Made by a program: the position numbers and the translations under genes. A DNA stretch of 64,000 nucleotides from an uncultured delta proteobacterium (lineage in GTDB: Bacteria > Desulfobacterota > Binatia > UBA9968): positions 237,743 through 301,742 of the forward strand of contig CAVYTU010000009.1 in NCBI GenBank assembly GCA_963771465.1. Direction: 5' to 3'. The notes below the pieces were generated by a model. It ran no database searches. It saw only the letters and a program-made list of their open reading frames with translations, and was not told the origin of the DNA. Below, one piece after another: positions 34,382 to 44,325 of this stretch; position 1 is the first letter of the stretch, and each line of letters starts with the position of its first letter.

Positions 34382-36415
34382 CTACATTTGATCAGCCTTA
34401 TGATAGACCAGTGGAAAGCGCACCAGCTTGATGATCGCTTCGAGATTCTTAAGCGACACTTGTTTAGCCTTCCACTCGGCGTCGACTTGAAACTCCAAAG
34501 GCAAGTCTTTGACGTTTTGTTCCAACACGAAAGCAAACACCTGAAGCTTTTTGTTCTTCACGGCGCACACGACTTTCCAGAAACGGGTCGGCAGCATAAC
34601 CCTTTCAGTGCCGGGAAAAATCTTGTCATCGGCAGCCAACACCGGACCGGCGAAAAGGCACAGGCGCTCGTCGTCGGTCTGGGCACCGATAAAATTTTCC
34701 AGCTTGCCCCAAATGCCGCCCTTGCCCGACTGATTGAAGTTGCCGCGTTGGGGCGAGCAGTTGGTCACGTGATAGGTATCGCCGTTGGCACGCTGCACCT
34801 GCGCGTAGGTCATGCCGAAGCAGACGTCCTCGCGGCGCGCGATATGGCCTTTGTCGAAAGCGCCGTTATCCTTGGTATAGAAGCGGTCGGGGATTTGGAA
34901 CTGCGCATCCACACGCGGATCGAGCACCCACTTCTCTAGGTCATTTGCCTTTAGACCGGTCAGCGCGTCCCGGTTATAAATCTTACCTGCCTCCGGCCGC
35001 CTCGCTTTCGGGCTGCCATCGACATTTGCCGCGGTGAAGATTGCCAGTCGGCGTTCCTTGTGGAGCACCACACTGAAGTGTTCGTAGGGAATGATTTTGC
35101 GGCCATCTTTCATCGGCGCAATCAGCTTGCTGTTAAGAACTTTCGGCAACGGCGTGGAAATGCCGAGAAACTTGCCATCGAAGCCGGTGCGCGAGCTGTA
35201 GTCGGTGTCGATGATCGGTTCTTTGAGCGCTTCGGCTTCACCGCTGGTTTGATCGGCAATCAAACGGCTATCGCCCGCGCCAAGTGGCCAGCCTAATCGG
35301 CCGCTACGCACAGCGCTATCAAGCTCAAGCACTAAGGTGCCCAAAACAATTCGATTGCCGGAATGGCTTAGGCTGTCTGCCATCGTGATCACCTCCCGTG
35401 ATGGAACTTTTTCGAAAGCATTGGTAAGAACGTCGCCGCCCTGCATCGCCGCTTTGAACTCGGCGAGATAGCCATTATTTTCGCCAGCTTTTTGCAATAT
35501 ACAGGCAGCGATACGGCTGATCCGCACCCCGGCATTGGCGATCCAGTCGACCTCGGAGTCATCGACATCGCGCAGCGAGCTCACCGTTTTACCGTTCTTA
35601 AGCAGGTATTGGCTGCGCCCGTCGCGGCGCGCCACGCCAGCGTGATGCAGCGCGACGACCTGAAAACTATCGTTCAGCACCGGCGCGCCGCTCGAACCTT
35701 GCGCCGTGTCACTCATGTACCAAATCACGTCGGGGTCGCGGTCCTCGATGCACTGATTTTCCCGGATCGCGAATTGGCGGCGCGCGCCGATCGGATGTTG
35801 AATGATCGTCATCCATTCCTTAACCAGGCTTTTGCCGCTTGCAACGATCACGCGATGGTAGCCAAAGCTCTTTAGCTCGACGTCGTGGTCGGTCGCCCGA
35901 GGCTCGACCGCGACAATAGCGAAGTCCAAGGACTCGTCATTGAAAAAATATTCGCTCGGGCGCAGGCGGAAACGATACGACGGCTCGGGCCGGCCGGCGA
36001 TATCGTAACGGTAGTTGAACTCGGCGATGGAGGGTTCGGCTTCCTCCGGCGAGCCGAAGACATGCTCGTTGGTGAGCAGCAAGCGCGGTGAAATCATGAA
36101 TCCGGTCGCAGTGCCGCGCTCGTGGCCCGACGACGAACGAATACTGATGCGGCAAACCGGTTGCGCAGCCAGTAGCGCGCGCTCTAAATAAAACTCGTCG
36201 ACCAGATCGTCGTTGCCCATCAGCCGTTCGAGTTCGGTGGCCGTCGGTTTTGCGCCGCCGACGCTAAGAAAGCTCGCCCGCCGCGCCAGCAGCGCCGGTT
36301 CGGTAGGTTGCTCGCGATAGCGCGCGTAATCGAGTGTGCGCCGGGTTAGCGCCGCTTTGGGAAGTTCCTTCGCCCGCCGCAGCGTCGCGGCCATCACCTT
36401 TTGAGAAATGTTCAT
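34382..36415 (-). CDS. Trypsin-like serine protease fused to a DNA/RNA non-specific (NucA-type) endonuclease
   Basis: TNEHV, DFAIV and GSSGAPV triad motifs; DKGHIARR, NCSPQ..FNQ, WGKLE, PTRFWKV. Confidence 0.9.
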   Translation of the reverse strand: MNISQKVMAATLRRAKELPKAALTRRTLDYARYREQPTEPALLARRASFLSVGGAKPTATELERLMGNDDLVDEFYLERALLAAQPVCRISIRSSSGHERGTATGFMISPRLLLTNEHVFGSPEEAEPSIAEFNYRYDIAGRPEPSYRFRLRPSEYFFNDESLDFAIVAVEPRATDHDVELKSFGYHRVIVASGKSLVKEWMTIIQHPIGARRQFAIRENQCIEDRDPDVIWYMSDTAQGSSGAPVLNDSFQVVALHHAGVARRDGRSQYLLKNGKTVSSLRDVDDSEVDWIANAGVRISRIAACILQKAGENNGYLAEFKAAMQGGDVLTNAFEKVPSREVITMADSLSHSGNRIVLGTLVLELDSAVRSGRLGWPLGAGDSRLIADQTSGEAEALKEPIIDTDYSSRTGFDGKFLGISTPLPKVLNSKLIAPMKDGRKIIPYEHFSVVLHKERRLAIFTAANVDGSPKARRPEAGKIYNRDALTGLKANDLEKWVLDPRVDAQFQIPDRFYTKDNGAFDKGHIARREDVCFGMTYAQVQRANGDTYHVTNCSPQRGNFNQSGKGGIWGKLENFIGAQTDDERLCLFAGPVLAADDKIFPGTERVMLPTRFWKVVCAVKNKKLQVFAFVLEQNVKDLPLEFQVDAEWKAKQVSLKNLEAIIKLVRFPLVYHKADQM

Positions 36416-36650
36416 GGATTACTTTCCTCGCGGCGCCGAGCTCGATTTCCGCGGCGCGTTGCTGATTATAGCAAATTATCCGATCCACCCATAAGTGAAA
36501 TCGTGCGGCGCGTTGGCATAACGACGTAAAGTTGCGACCGGATTGCACAGTCGGAATAACTGCGTGGGCCGGAGTGAGACGCGAACCTGGAATAGAGTAG
36601 ACAGCCAAGACTACAGCGGCAAAGTCAATTTGACTGGCCGGCAACGACCG

Positions 36651-37700
36651 TTAGATTTCGTAATGCTTGACGATATCGGGATAGATTCGCGGCAGATCGT
36701 TTTCCTGCCACGGCGTGCCGGCGAGCTTTTTACTCTTAGCGGTAATCGGCGCCATGGCTTTGCCAGATCTCGCTTCGTAAGCGGTTGGCGCGGCAAAAAG
36801 CAACTCAGCCGCATGGGTGCTCAAACCGCGCGGCACCTTGCGCAGAATCTTGTGCATATCTTTGAGCGCCGATTCGAACAGCCGGCGTCCCTGCAAAATC
36901 AACCAGGCGCAAAACTCTTCGAAGGCGTCATCCGAGCACCCGCCTTGGGCGACATAAGCCAAAGCCCATAGATCCCAACGATAGGCGAGCGCGAATTTGT
37001 CGAGCAGAATTTTTTGAAACCGTCTGATTTCTTCGGCTTTGAAGGCCTGCAATTGCTCGGTTAGCGCTTCGACGTGCTCAGCCGTGGACCGATTAGTTTG
37101 GCGGCCGGCTTCAATGATCGACCAAAATAACTCATCATCCATTTTTCTTCGATCGGCAGGAGTTGCGATCTGTCTGTGCTGTTCGCGTTCGAGCAGCGCG
37201 ATCTCCTCGTTGAGCTTGCTGCTGCCCGGCGCGTCGCCCAGCTCCGCCAAGAGATCGTGCAGCGTTCTCATGCTGGCTAAAGCATTGGCCTTCGCTCGGG
37301 CGATGCTTGCTGGCTTCAACCCAGGAGCTTTACCGCGAGCGCCGGCTAAAATCCAAAAGTTATTTTTTTGTTTGGCGATGACACCGCGCCAAAGTCGGAT
37401 TAGCTGTGCACGCTTTTTTTCCCGCCGCAGCGTTTCAGTGAGCCGCTTGAGCATGGGATTGTCGCTGCCGACCTCCCAGTTAAAGCCGCAAAGATAGTCA
37501 ACCAGCTGGCGGTACTTTTTCTGCTCGAGATAGGCGTCGAAGACGGTCTGCTGCGCGTTATCGTAGCCGCGAACCACGGAAAAGCGGCCTGCATCACCGA
37601 GGTCGAGAATATCAGGCTTGCCGTGTCGTTCGAGATATTTCTCGATGTCGCGGTCGACATCTTTAAACGAGAGTTTGAGAGATTGTTTTGGCTTGGCCAC
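36651..37700 (-). CDS. DUF4240 domain protein with N-terminal extension
   Basis: MDDELFWSII...AYRWDLW..AY...GGCSDDAF..F..WLI.QG. Confidence 0.8.
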   Translation of the reverse strand: MAKPKQSLKLSFKDVDRDIEKYLERHGKPDILDLGDAGRFSVVRGYDNAQQTVFDAYLEQKKYRQLVDYLCGFNWEVGSDNPMLKRLTETLRREKKRAQLIRLWRGVIAKQKNNFWILAGARGKAPGLKPASIARAKANALASMRTLHDLLAELGDAPGSSKLNEEIALLEREQHRQIATPADRRKMDDELFWSIIEAGRQTNRSTAEHVEALTEQLQAFKAEEIRRFQKILLDKFALAYRWDLWALAYVAQGGCSDDAFEEFCAWLILQGRRLFESALKDMHKILRKVPRGLSTHAAELLFAAPTAYEARSGKAMAPITAKSKKLAGTPWQENDLPRIYPDIVKHYEI

Positions 37701-37984
37701 TTTATCCTTGACCTGGCGGCGTTCGTTGTTGCGCGACCTGCTTGATTTCTTTTTTAATCCCCGAGTGAGCGTGGAGCAAGCGGCGGAAGTCGGCGGCTTC
37801 CAAGGCCAACCGTTGGCAGTCGGACTTACTCGAACGGAATCTCGCGAGAAATAGATTATTGGCGTCCTTCGGGCACTGACGCAGCTTCGTCCGGTCGAGA
37901 CTCATAGAGTTGACGTCCTTTTATTTGTTCTTGCCGCCAAATTCGCCCATCAATGCCTTGGGCACAATCGTTGGAAGTAAACAT

Positions 37985-39409
37985 CTAAAACCGTCGATCC
38001 AATATGCGGCGGATCTCGATGACGTCAGAAGAGGGTTTCGAAGATCCTGTCGTCAAGAGCTTGTATGCGTCTTCGGCGTCCTGCCGGTACTCTCTCCGAA
38101 GTCTTACCGCAGCGGCATCGTGAACCGGGAACGTGATCGCGTTGAACTGCGTGAGCGCGGCTTTGGTGATTTTGCCTAAATCGTCTGGCGTGATCAGATT
38201 CTCAAGAGTCTTTGAATGCATAAGGGCGATCACAGCGGCATCGATGTAGTTTCGAAAAACGATGACTCCCCGCCCGCTGGCGGAGGTCTTCTTGACTACA
38301 AGTTCCGAGGGAAGCTTTTTAAATGAAGAGCTCACCTTTGTGAGGTAATGAATAAAAGTGGTTACAACCCTGGTTGTCCCGCCCGTCAACCCCTTGGCGA
38401 CCATCCGTTGCGCCGTCAGCGCGTCGGCTTGGCCAGAGTCGCCGACGAACACATAGCGATATTCAGGATAGACCTCTGAAAATTTCAAAAAATTTCTAAA
38501 CTTCACCTCGCCAATCTCATCTTCTTGTCCCGGAGGGATATCGTCATGCAAGGGATCATCGAGTTTGTTCCGTAGCACGGTCTCATGCGTGTCTATGGTT
38601 GAACTCACAACGTCTCCCGACAATGCGCTGGGGCACAATTCTCCCGGTAAACTTATCAAGGCCCGAAGACTAGCCTCTTCTAGAACCCCAGCGACGGGAT
38701 TGCGTCTGGCTGACAGAGTTGTCACGGGAGTCGCTGTCAGCGCGAAGGGCTCATCTTTCAAGGAATCGTAGAACTCCAGGACTCCGGGGTACAAGGTTTT
38801 CTTTGGATAGCGCGGATCAACGAGATTGGCGTACATCGTATCATCCACGTCGGAGAGAACCTTGATGCCGATCTGCCGTGGCGCCTTGCCGAAATGCTCG
38901 ATGATGCGATTTCGATACTCTTTGATGTCGATGTCGTGGAAGATGTATTCTTCAAGATCCTTGTAGTCTCCGTCATATTCCAAGGCCAGCTTAAATAACG
39001 CCAGCTCTTTCGGAGCGATCGATAGGATGAGCCGTTCCATCCGTAACTCTCTCGGCTCATCGCTCTCATCCTGCCTTGGCGACAGCCTTCTGAAGACTTC
39101 GATTTTATCGACCAGGCTAAGCGCGGCGCGGCGAATACGGTTGTCGAGTTCTTGAGCGCGTCGTTCCAGAGACGAACCCAGAAACGAGTACTGGGGTGCT
39201 GTTGGCCTCAGGTAAACATGGAGGAACTCATTGACACGCTTCGGATCAAACTGCCCGTAGTCGACGACTTGGCATCGATTCATTGAGGACCGGCTCTCAG
39301 GCGCTAGCTCGATAGCTTTGCCAACGGGTTTCCTAGACGCGTGTCCTTCAACGATACCCAGGCCGAAAACCAACGCTAACAACAGCCGCGACGATTTACG
39401 GTTGTTCAT
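37985..39409 (-). CDS. App1/DUF2183-like HAD phosphatase, probably exported
   Basis: VLSDVDDT, LYPGV, TLSAR, FVGDSGQAD; signal-like N-terminus from MNNRKSS. Confidence 0.75.
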   Translation of the reverse strand: MNNRKSSRLLLALVFGLGIVEGHASRKPVGKAIELAPESRSSMNRCQVVDYGQFDPKRVNEFLHVYLRPTAPQYSFLGSSLERRAQELDNRIRRAALSLVDKIEVFRRLSPRQDESDEPRELRMERLILSIAPKELALFKLALEYDGDYKDLEEYIFHDIDIKEYRNRIIEHFGKAPRQIGIKVLSDVDDTMYANLVDPRYPKKTLYPGVLEFYDSLKDEPFALTATPVTTLSARRNPVAGVLEEASLRALISLPGELCPSALSGDVVSSTIDTHETVLRNKLDDPLHDDIPPGQEDEIGEVKFRNFLKFSEVYPEYRYVFVGDSGQADALTAQRMVAKGLTGGTTRVVTTFIHYLTKVSSSFKKLPSELVVKKTSASGRGVIVFRNYIDAAVIALMHSKTLENLITPDDLGKITKAALTQFNAITFPVHDAAAVRLRREYRQDAEDAYKLLTTGSSKPSSDVIEIRRILDRRF

Positions 39410-39442
39410 GTTGATCCCTTTCACTATGCGCCAATTTTCGCC

Positions 39443-39596
39443 CGAGAGGTAGGCGGAGCGCACCGTCTGAGTATCGTTGCTGGTCAGGCCAACGATGGCG
39501 AGAGCGAAGTAGGCGACGACCGCGCGCGAGCCAGCCGACCGACAAGGTGGTATGCGCGGTGAGTGCGAATTTGCGGAGACTTGGTTTCATCGTCAT
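39443..39596 (-). pseudogene. 5' remnant of a DUF2269-like membrane protein gene (paralog of 44326..44991)
   Basis: MTMKPSLRKFALTAHTTLSVGWL, frameshift, VVAYFALAIVGLTSNDTQTVRSAYLS, then homology ends. Confidence 0.8.
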
Positions 39597-39600
39597 CGCC

Positions 39601-39660
39601 TCCGAATGCTAAGCTAGGGGCGGTCCGTCAGGGCCTTCCACCTTCGGCGAATTGTTGAGC
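39601..39660 (-). repeat. attC site (degenerate R')
   Basis: Minus strand: GCTCAAC right after the GFA stop ... ATTCGGA. Confidence 0.55.
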
Positions 39661-39661
39661 C

Positions 39662-40060
39662 TCACAGATAGCTTGTAATGGCTGGTGTCGAATGCTTGTC
39701 GTGCTTGCCGTCGACGTAGATTATTGGCGCGGCGGCAAGCTCTTCGGGTGTGACGTCTTCCAGGCACCCCAAGTTAACCCCATAAACTCGATTAGCGTCC
39801 GGCGCGTTACCAATGCCAAAAGAGCGCACGCCGCAGTGTTTGCAGAAATAGTGCTCGTTGCGCTTGGTGTTGAACAAGTATTGGGTTAGCTCTGACTGGC
39901 CGGAAATAAGGCGAAACGCTTCTGGTTTCACGACTGCAGGCCAAAAACGGTTTCTTGAGCAGATTGAACAGTTACACCGATAAGTCGCGGCGGTCAGATC
40001 GATATCAGCCTCGAAACGGACGGCGCCGCAATGACAACTGCCTCTATACGTCTTCAGCAT
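39662..40060 (-). CDS. GFA (CENP-V) family protein
   Basis: [21 protein letters not shown]. Confidence 0.92.
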   Translation of the reverse strand: MLKTYRGSCHCGAVRFEADIDLTAATYRCNCSICSRNRFWPAVVKPEAFRLISGQSELTQYLFNTKRNEHYFCKHCGVRSFGIGNAPDANRVYGVNLGCLEDVTPEELAAAPIIYVDGKHDKHSTPAITSYL

Positions 40061-40089
40061 TCTTCAGTCCTCGCAAGATTTCCAATGAA

Positions 40090-40150
40090 GTTCAACGAGT
40101 GAACGGCGATATAATTCGAGATAGTTATCGCCTTCATCGGCAGTGGATCC
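40090..40150 (-). repeat. Possible decayed attC
   Basis: gttcaac core next to the hairpin tgaacggcgata/tatcgccttca; second core not recognisable. Confidence 0.35.
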
Positions 40151-40214
40151 TGGCTAATGATGTCCAATGGGTAGCTGCTGCTGTTTTGCCTGGGGTTAAA
40201 CATCCTCACTCTAT

Positions 40215-40792
40215 CTAATTGTCACGTTTATGCTCGTAGTGAAGGCAAGCAACACCGGATGAAAACATGTTACTTGCAACGAGTTTTAGTGCCACCTTAT
40301 CTGTAATGCCTTTGAACAACGGAATTCCTCGGCCTAGTAAAACTGGATTAACAAATAACCAGTAATCGTCAATTAACTTTTCTGTCATTAGCGAATGCGC
40401 AGCGGTCGGACTTCCGAACATCAATATATCTTTACCCGCGTCTTGTTTAAGTTTAACGATTTCGGCAGCTAGATTACCGTCAATAATTTTTGTGTTGGTC
40501 AGACTTTGCCCCGTTCATGGCTCTTCGACAACACAACTTTTGTTACTCTGTTATACCATCTTGAATGCTCAACATCGTGTTTAGTTGCTGTCGGTAGTTG
40601 TGCCGCTGTCGGCCAATAGCTTTCCATCATTTGATAGGTTACTCGTCCGTACAAAGCTGTGTCAGCTTCGTTGGTCCGTTGCCCCGCAAAATCAAATATT
40701 TCTTCGTCGACGTTGATCCAGTCCATTTCTCCGTTCGGTCCCGCCACAAAGCCATCAAGTGATGTGTGTATAAATAAAACTAATTTTCTCAT
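40215..40792 (-). CDS. Dihydrofolate reductase/RibD C-terminal family protein, frameshifted near 40520
   Basis: SLDGFVAGPNG, LYGRVTY, GS.T, LIDDY...PVLLGRG in two frames; AT-rich. Confidence 0.85.
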
Positions 40793-40897
40793 TTTGTCGG
40801 TCCGTTCAGTTGGTTAGTTAAGTTGCTTGTTAAATCGATTCTCAGTTGCGAAGTCATCTAGTTGCCGCTGGATTCCGGGTTCGGCCAACGGCGCCAA

Positions 40898-41200
40898 TCA
40901 TCGCTGTGCTCTCCTCCAAGGACTGCCGATGCCGTCACGCTCCGCGATCCAACCACAGGGTAAGTCCGCCAACTCGCAAATGCTCGGGTCGTGGTCAACG
41001 ATCGTGCTCAACGCCACAATCATCGCATCGCCGTCCGAAACCTGTGCCGCGCCAGTGTGAAACTGCCATGCGCCGTCCTCGTCGTCGTGCGAGACGTGGA
41101 GAATAGGCTGGCCGAGGCGCAAGACCTGTGTTGTCGTGAAGACCGCGACGTTCCGCGGGTCTGCAAACGGCCAATCTTGTGTTGTGCTTCGTGTTTTCAC
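40898..41200 (-). CDS. Hypothetical protein (DUF2185-like)
   Basis: WPFADP.N.AVFTT, VSHDDEDGAWQF, DPSI.ELADLP.GW.A.R. Confidence 0.7.
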   Translation of the reverse strand: MKTRSTTQDWPFADPRNVAVFTTTQVLRLGQPILHVSHDDEDGAWQFHTGAAQVSDGDAMIVALSTIVDHDPSICELADLPCGWIAERDGIGSPWRRAQR

Positions 41201-41216
41201 GCGAGGTGGGACCTCC

Positions 41217-41278
41217 GCCTAATATTTGCATTCACCGCCCTGCGCGGCTTTTTCCAGTCCGTTGCAAAGAGGATAGCG
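41217..41278 (-). repeat. attC site (degenerate)
   Basis: gcctaat atttgcattcaccg ... ccgttgcaaagag gatagcg. Confidence 0.6.
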
Positions 41279-41299
41279 CCTGTGACAGTGCATTGTTTT

Positions 41300-41782
41300 T
41301 CAATAGGGTGTTCCATTCTTATGCAAGAACTGCCACTTCCCGTCATCACCCAATACGGCTTGTAAGTCGTCGTCGGGGTATGCCCCGGAATCGCCAGCAG
41401 TACGGTCGCCCACTTCGAGATAAAGGACGTCTTCGTTCGCTCGGTTTACGAGTTGATGTCCGTTTCCAGTGCCAGCCTTGAAACCGGCGCACATTCCTGG
41501 AAAAAGCGGCGTCTCGCCTTGATCCGTGATGAGTACCGGCTGTCCCGCCAAGATGTACACGAATTCATCCTGTTTCGAGTGGGCGTGGCGGAGTGCGGAG
41601 CATGCACCCGGAATCAGGCGCGTAAGATTCACACCAAAGTTCGCCAAACCGAACATGTCACCAAGCGCGCGCTTTTCTCGGCCAGCCATGCGCGACGCGA
41701 ACGGCTCTGGATAGTTTGACGGCTTGGTTCGAGGTGGTGCGTCCAAGGCAGCGATTGCTGTTGGGAACTCTGTATTCGCCAT
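41300..41782 (-). CDS. Cupin domain protein
   Basis: SNYPEPFA, FGVNL, HAHSKQDEF, YPDDDL; true start MANTEF lies downstream of the attC. Confidence 0.9.
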   Translation of the reverse strand: MANTEFPTAIAALDAPPRTKPSNYPEPFASRMAGREKRALGDMFGLANFGVNLTRLIPGACSALRHAHSKQDEFVYILAGQPVLITDQGETPLFPGMCAGFKAGTGNGHQLVNRANEDVLYLEVGDRTAGDSGAYPDDDLQAVLGDDGKWQFLHKNGTPY

Positions 41783-41805
41783 AGAGACTCCGGGTTGTTG
41801 ATGGT

Positions 41806-41877
41806 TCTTAACGCCAAGCTCAGCCGCGACTCGCCGCGCAACGGAAGCGGGACGTCGGCTTGAATCGATTGTTGGCG
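41806..41877 (-). repeat. attC site
   Basis: tcttaac gccaagctcagccg ... cggcttgaatcgatt gttggcg, abutting the stop at 41878. Confidence 0.8.
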
Positions 41878-42279
41878 TCATTTGCTCGATACAGGAACCA
41901 GCATATTGGCGTCGCGTGCCAGCACCCACCTGCCATCCTGCTTCCTGAGAATAGAGAGCGTATGCCCTGCACGCGTCATAGGTTGAGCTCCGCCCGGCGG
42001 AGTGACTACGACCGTGAGCTTTGTCCACATGAAAGCCCAGTCTTCTAGCACCTTGATTTCTTGTATCTCACTCGTGCCCTCGAACTGCGGCGCCGTTTGA
42101 CCTGATTGCGCGCGCGATGCTGTCGCGAACGCGGACTTTCCGACCATGGGCGGTTGGCCAGCTATAAGAAATACAACATCGTCGGCCATCAGGCTCAAAA
42201 CTGTTTCGATGTCACCGGCTTTCGTCGCAGTCATCCAGGTTGCGACCAACTGACGTATCTCGCTCTCATCACTTTGCAT
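41878..42279 (-). CDS. SgcJ/EcaC (NTF2-like, DUF4440) protein
   Basis: DESEIRQLV..W, MADDVVF, GRWVLARDAN. Confidence 0.88.
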   Translation of the reverse strand: MQSDESEIRQLVATWMTATKAGDIETVLSLMADDVVFLIAGQPPMVGKSAFATASRAQSGQTAPQFEGTSEIQEIKVLEDWAFMWTKLTVVVTPPGGAQPMTRAGHTLSILRKQDGRWVLARDANMLVPVSSK

Positions 42280-42294
42280 GTGTGCTCCTTATGA

Positions 42295-42362
42295 CGCCAA
42301 CGCTTTGCGGCTGAGCGGCTTTGTTTTTCTGAAGCTCCGTCGTTACACACTGATTCTTGGAT
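42295..42362 (-). repeat. attC site (degenerate R'')
   Basis: cgccaac gctttgcggctgagcgg ... cttggat. Confidence 0.5.
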
Positions 42363-42599
42363 GGACTCACTTGGCCGCGTGGCACTCGCGATATCTATCT
42401 AAGAGGAACAAAGATCGATAAGTGACTCTGATGTGGATAGTTTCTTGAACCGCCTGGTGAAATGCGATTGCCTGGGTTTGATATATATATCGCAAGCGGC
42501 AAACTGCTTTGCCACAAATTCCCGGGCTCTTTTGCATGATCTCCGATCGAACATACAGCTCCCCTCAATAGGCATAGATTATTACAGATCTGAATGCTC

Positions 42600-42663
42600 G
42601 TCTAATGTCGACGCTAAGCGACGCATCGTCGCGGGGCGTCCCGTCAGCGCGCCCATGTTAGAC
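42600..42663 (-). repeat. attC site
   Basis: gtctaat gtcgacgctaagcg ... gtcagcgcgcccat gttagac. Confidence 0.75.
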
Positions 42664-42729
42664 GGCCTGCGGATCAAAATGAGCGCATCACTCTTCAAGA
42701 CTCATACTGCTTCGCCGGTGCGACGCGAC

Positions 42730-44106
42730 TCAAGGCAATGGGCGAATGTTCTGGTTGATGTGGAAGAAATTACTTGGGTCGTACTTGGTCTTGATCTCCT
42801 GGAGCCGCCGATAGTTGGCCCCGTACGCGGCGGCGATCGGATCGCCTGTTTCGTCGTCGCCCAAGTAATTCACATAGCGGCCGGAGCCGACGAAGGGCTC
42901 CATCGCCGCATAGGTTTCCCGCCCCCAGGCAATGCAGCGATCGCTATTTGCCGGCTCCATCCATTCGGAGAGCACGACGAGGTTGTAACCATCCGCGCGG
43001 TGCGGGAACGCCGTGTCGCCGGTCCCTATCCGGGCTGCGGCGCCGTGGAAGTGCTCGAGGAGTAGCTGGCCCATTGGGGTGGGGCAGCGGTCGAAGCACT
43101 CGACCATCGTGTCGATAGCATCGTCGCTCAGTTGTGCGAGGAAGCTCGACTTCCAATAATTGAGCGCCCCTTTCGGATAGGCGCCGTCGAGCATCGCGTT
43201 GAGCTGACAGTAAGGCATGGGGCCGAGCGCGTCCATGAGCGGAGTACCGAATTGCTTGAGCGGCCGCATCGCCGTTTCTCCCTCGGCAAGCGAGCCACAG
43301 TGACCCGTCACCATCGCCGCCAGCTTCGTGCCAGAGCCGTCGCCGGCGTGGATGAGGCCCGCGAACACGGTGAATTCGTCTGGCAGCGACACAGTGAAAT
43401 CCCGGTAGAACTTCAGTACGTCGCGGGCGCGGTCGAACGGGTGCGCGACCAGGCCGCCTGTGATCGTGGGCCCGACCGGATGAAGCTGATATTCGAAGGA
43501 CGTCGCCACGCCGAAGTTTCCACCACCACCTCGAACGGCCCAGAAAAGATCAGGCAGTTCATCCTTGCTCGTCTGCAACACCTGGCCTTCGGCGGTAACA
43601 ATTTCAACCGACCGAAGATTGTCGAGTGCCAGGCCGTACTTGCCCATCAGCCAACCAAGTCCACCGCCGAGTGTGAGTCCAGCGATGCCAGTGGTCGACA
43701 CCACACCGCCCGTGACCGCCAGGCCGTGCAACTGCGTCTCGCGGTTGAGCTCGGCCCAAGTGACTCCGCCCTGGGCCCGCACGGTACGGGCGTAGGGGTC
43801 GACGTGGATGCCTTTCATCGGCATGAGGTCGATCATCAGCCCGCTATCGACGGTGGCGCGCCCGGCCACGTTGTGGCCGCCGCCACGGATCGCCACCTCA
43901 AGACTTAGCTTTCGCGCGAGGTTGACGGCGTCGACGACATCGGCCACGCCATGGCATCGCGCAATCAATGCCGGCCGTTTGTTCACTAAACCATTGTGGA
44001 CTTTCCTTGCCTCCTCGTAGCCCGCATCGCTGGGCTGTAGGAGTTGCCCGGAGAACTTGCTAGCAAGCTCGATGACAGCGTCGGCAACGGATGGAACTGA
44101 AGTCAT
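42730..44106 (-). CDS. FAD-binding oxidoreductase (berberine-bridge/6-HDNO-like)
   Basis: RGGGHNVAG, GLTLGGG.GW, RGGGGNFGV, YVNY, KYDPSNFF. Confidence 0.93.
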   Translation of the reverse strand: MTSVPSVADAVIELASKFSGQLLQPSDAGYEEARKVHNGLVNKRPALIARCHGVADVVDAVNLARKLSLEVAIRGGGHNVAGRATVDSGLMIDLMPMKGIHVDPYARTVRAQGGVTWAELNRETQLHGLAVTGGVVSTTGIAGLTLGGGLGWLMGKYGLALDNLRSVEIVTAEGQVLQTSKDELPDLFWAVRGGGGNFGVATSFEYQLHPVGPTITGGLVAHPFDRARDVLKFYRDFTVSLPDEFTVFAGLIHAGDGSGTKLAAMVTGHCGSLAEGETAMRPLKQFGTPLMDALGPMPYCQLNAMLDGAYPKGALNYWKSSFLAQLSDDAIDTMVECFDRCPTPMGQLLLEHFHGAAARIGTGDTAFPHRADGYNLVVLSEWMEPANSDRCIAWGRETYAAMEPFVGSGRYVNYLGDDETGDPIAAAYGANYRRLQEIKTKYDPSNFFHINQNIRPLP

Positions 44107-44157
44107 AGCGTCTCTCTCCTTCGTGTAGGGTTGATGAATCTAAAATTTGATAAGACC

Positions 44158-44223
44158 GTCTAACAGCTTGCCGATGAGCTGCTGGCGCCGCAGGCGACCG
44201 TCGGATTCATCCGCTTGTTGGCC
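44158..44223 (-). repeat. attC site
   Basis: gtctaac agcttgccgatgagctg ... cggattcatccgctt gttggcc. Confidence 0.8.
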
Positions 44224-44325
44224 AGTATATTCTTGCTCTAAATAATCCGTCGAACGTGAAACGTAAACAGTCTCGGCCCTCTTGCGACAAGTGTACGACC
44301 AAACGCGTGGAGCTTCATGCGATGC

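Noticed and set aside
37702-37905. 67-aa ORF upstream of the DUF4240 gene
   Set aside because: Position and strand are plausible, but there is no recognisable motif; not enough support to annotate.
40846-40890. attC between the DUF2185-like and DHFR-like genes
   Set aside because: A GCCGAAC-like left core exists on the minus strand, but there is no convincing hairpin or GTT core.
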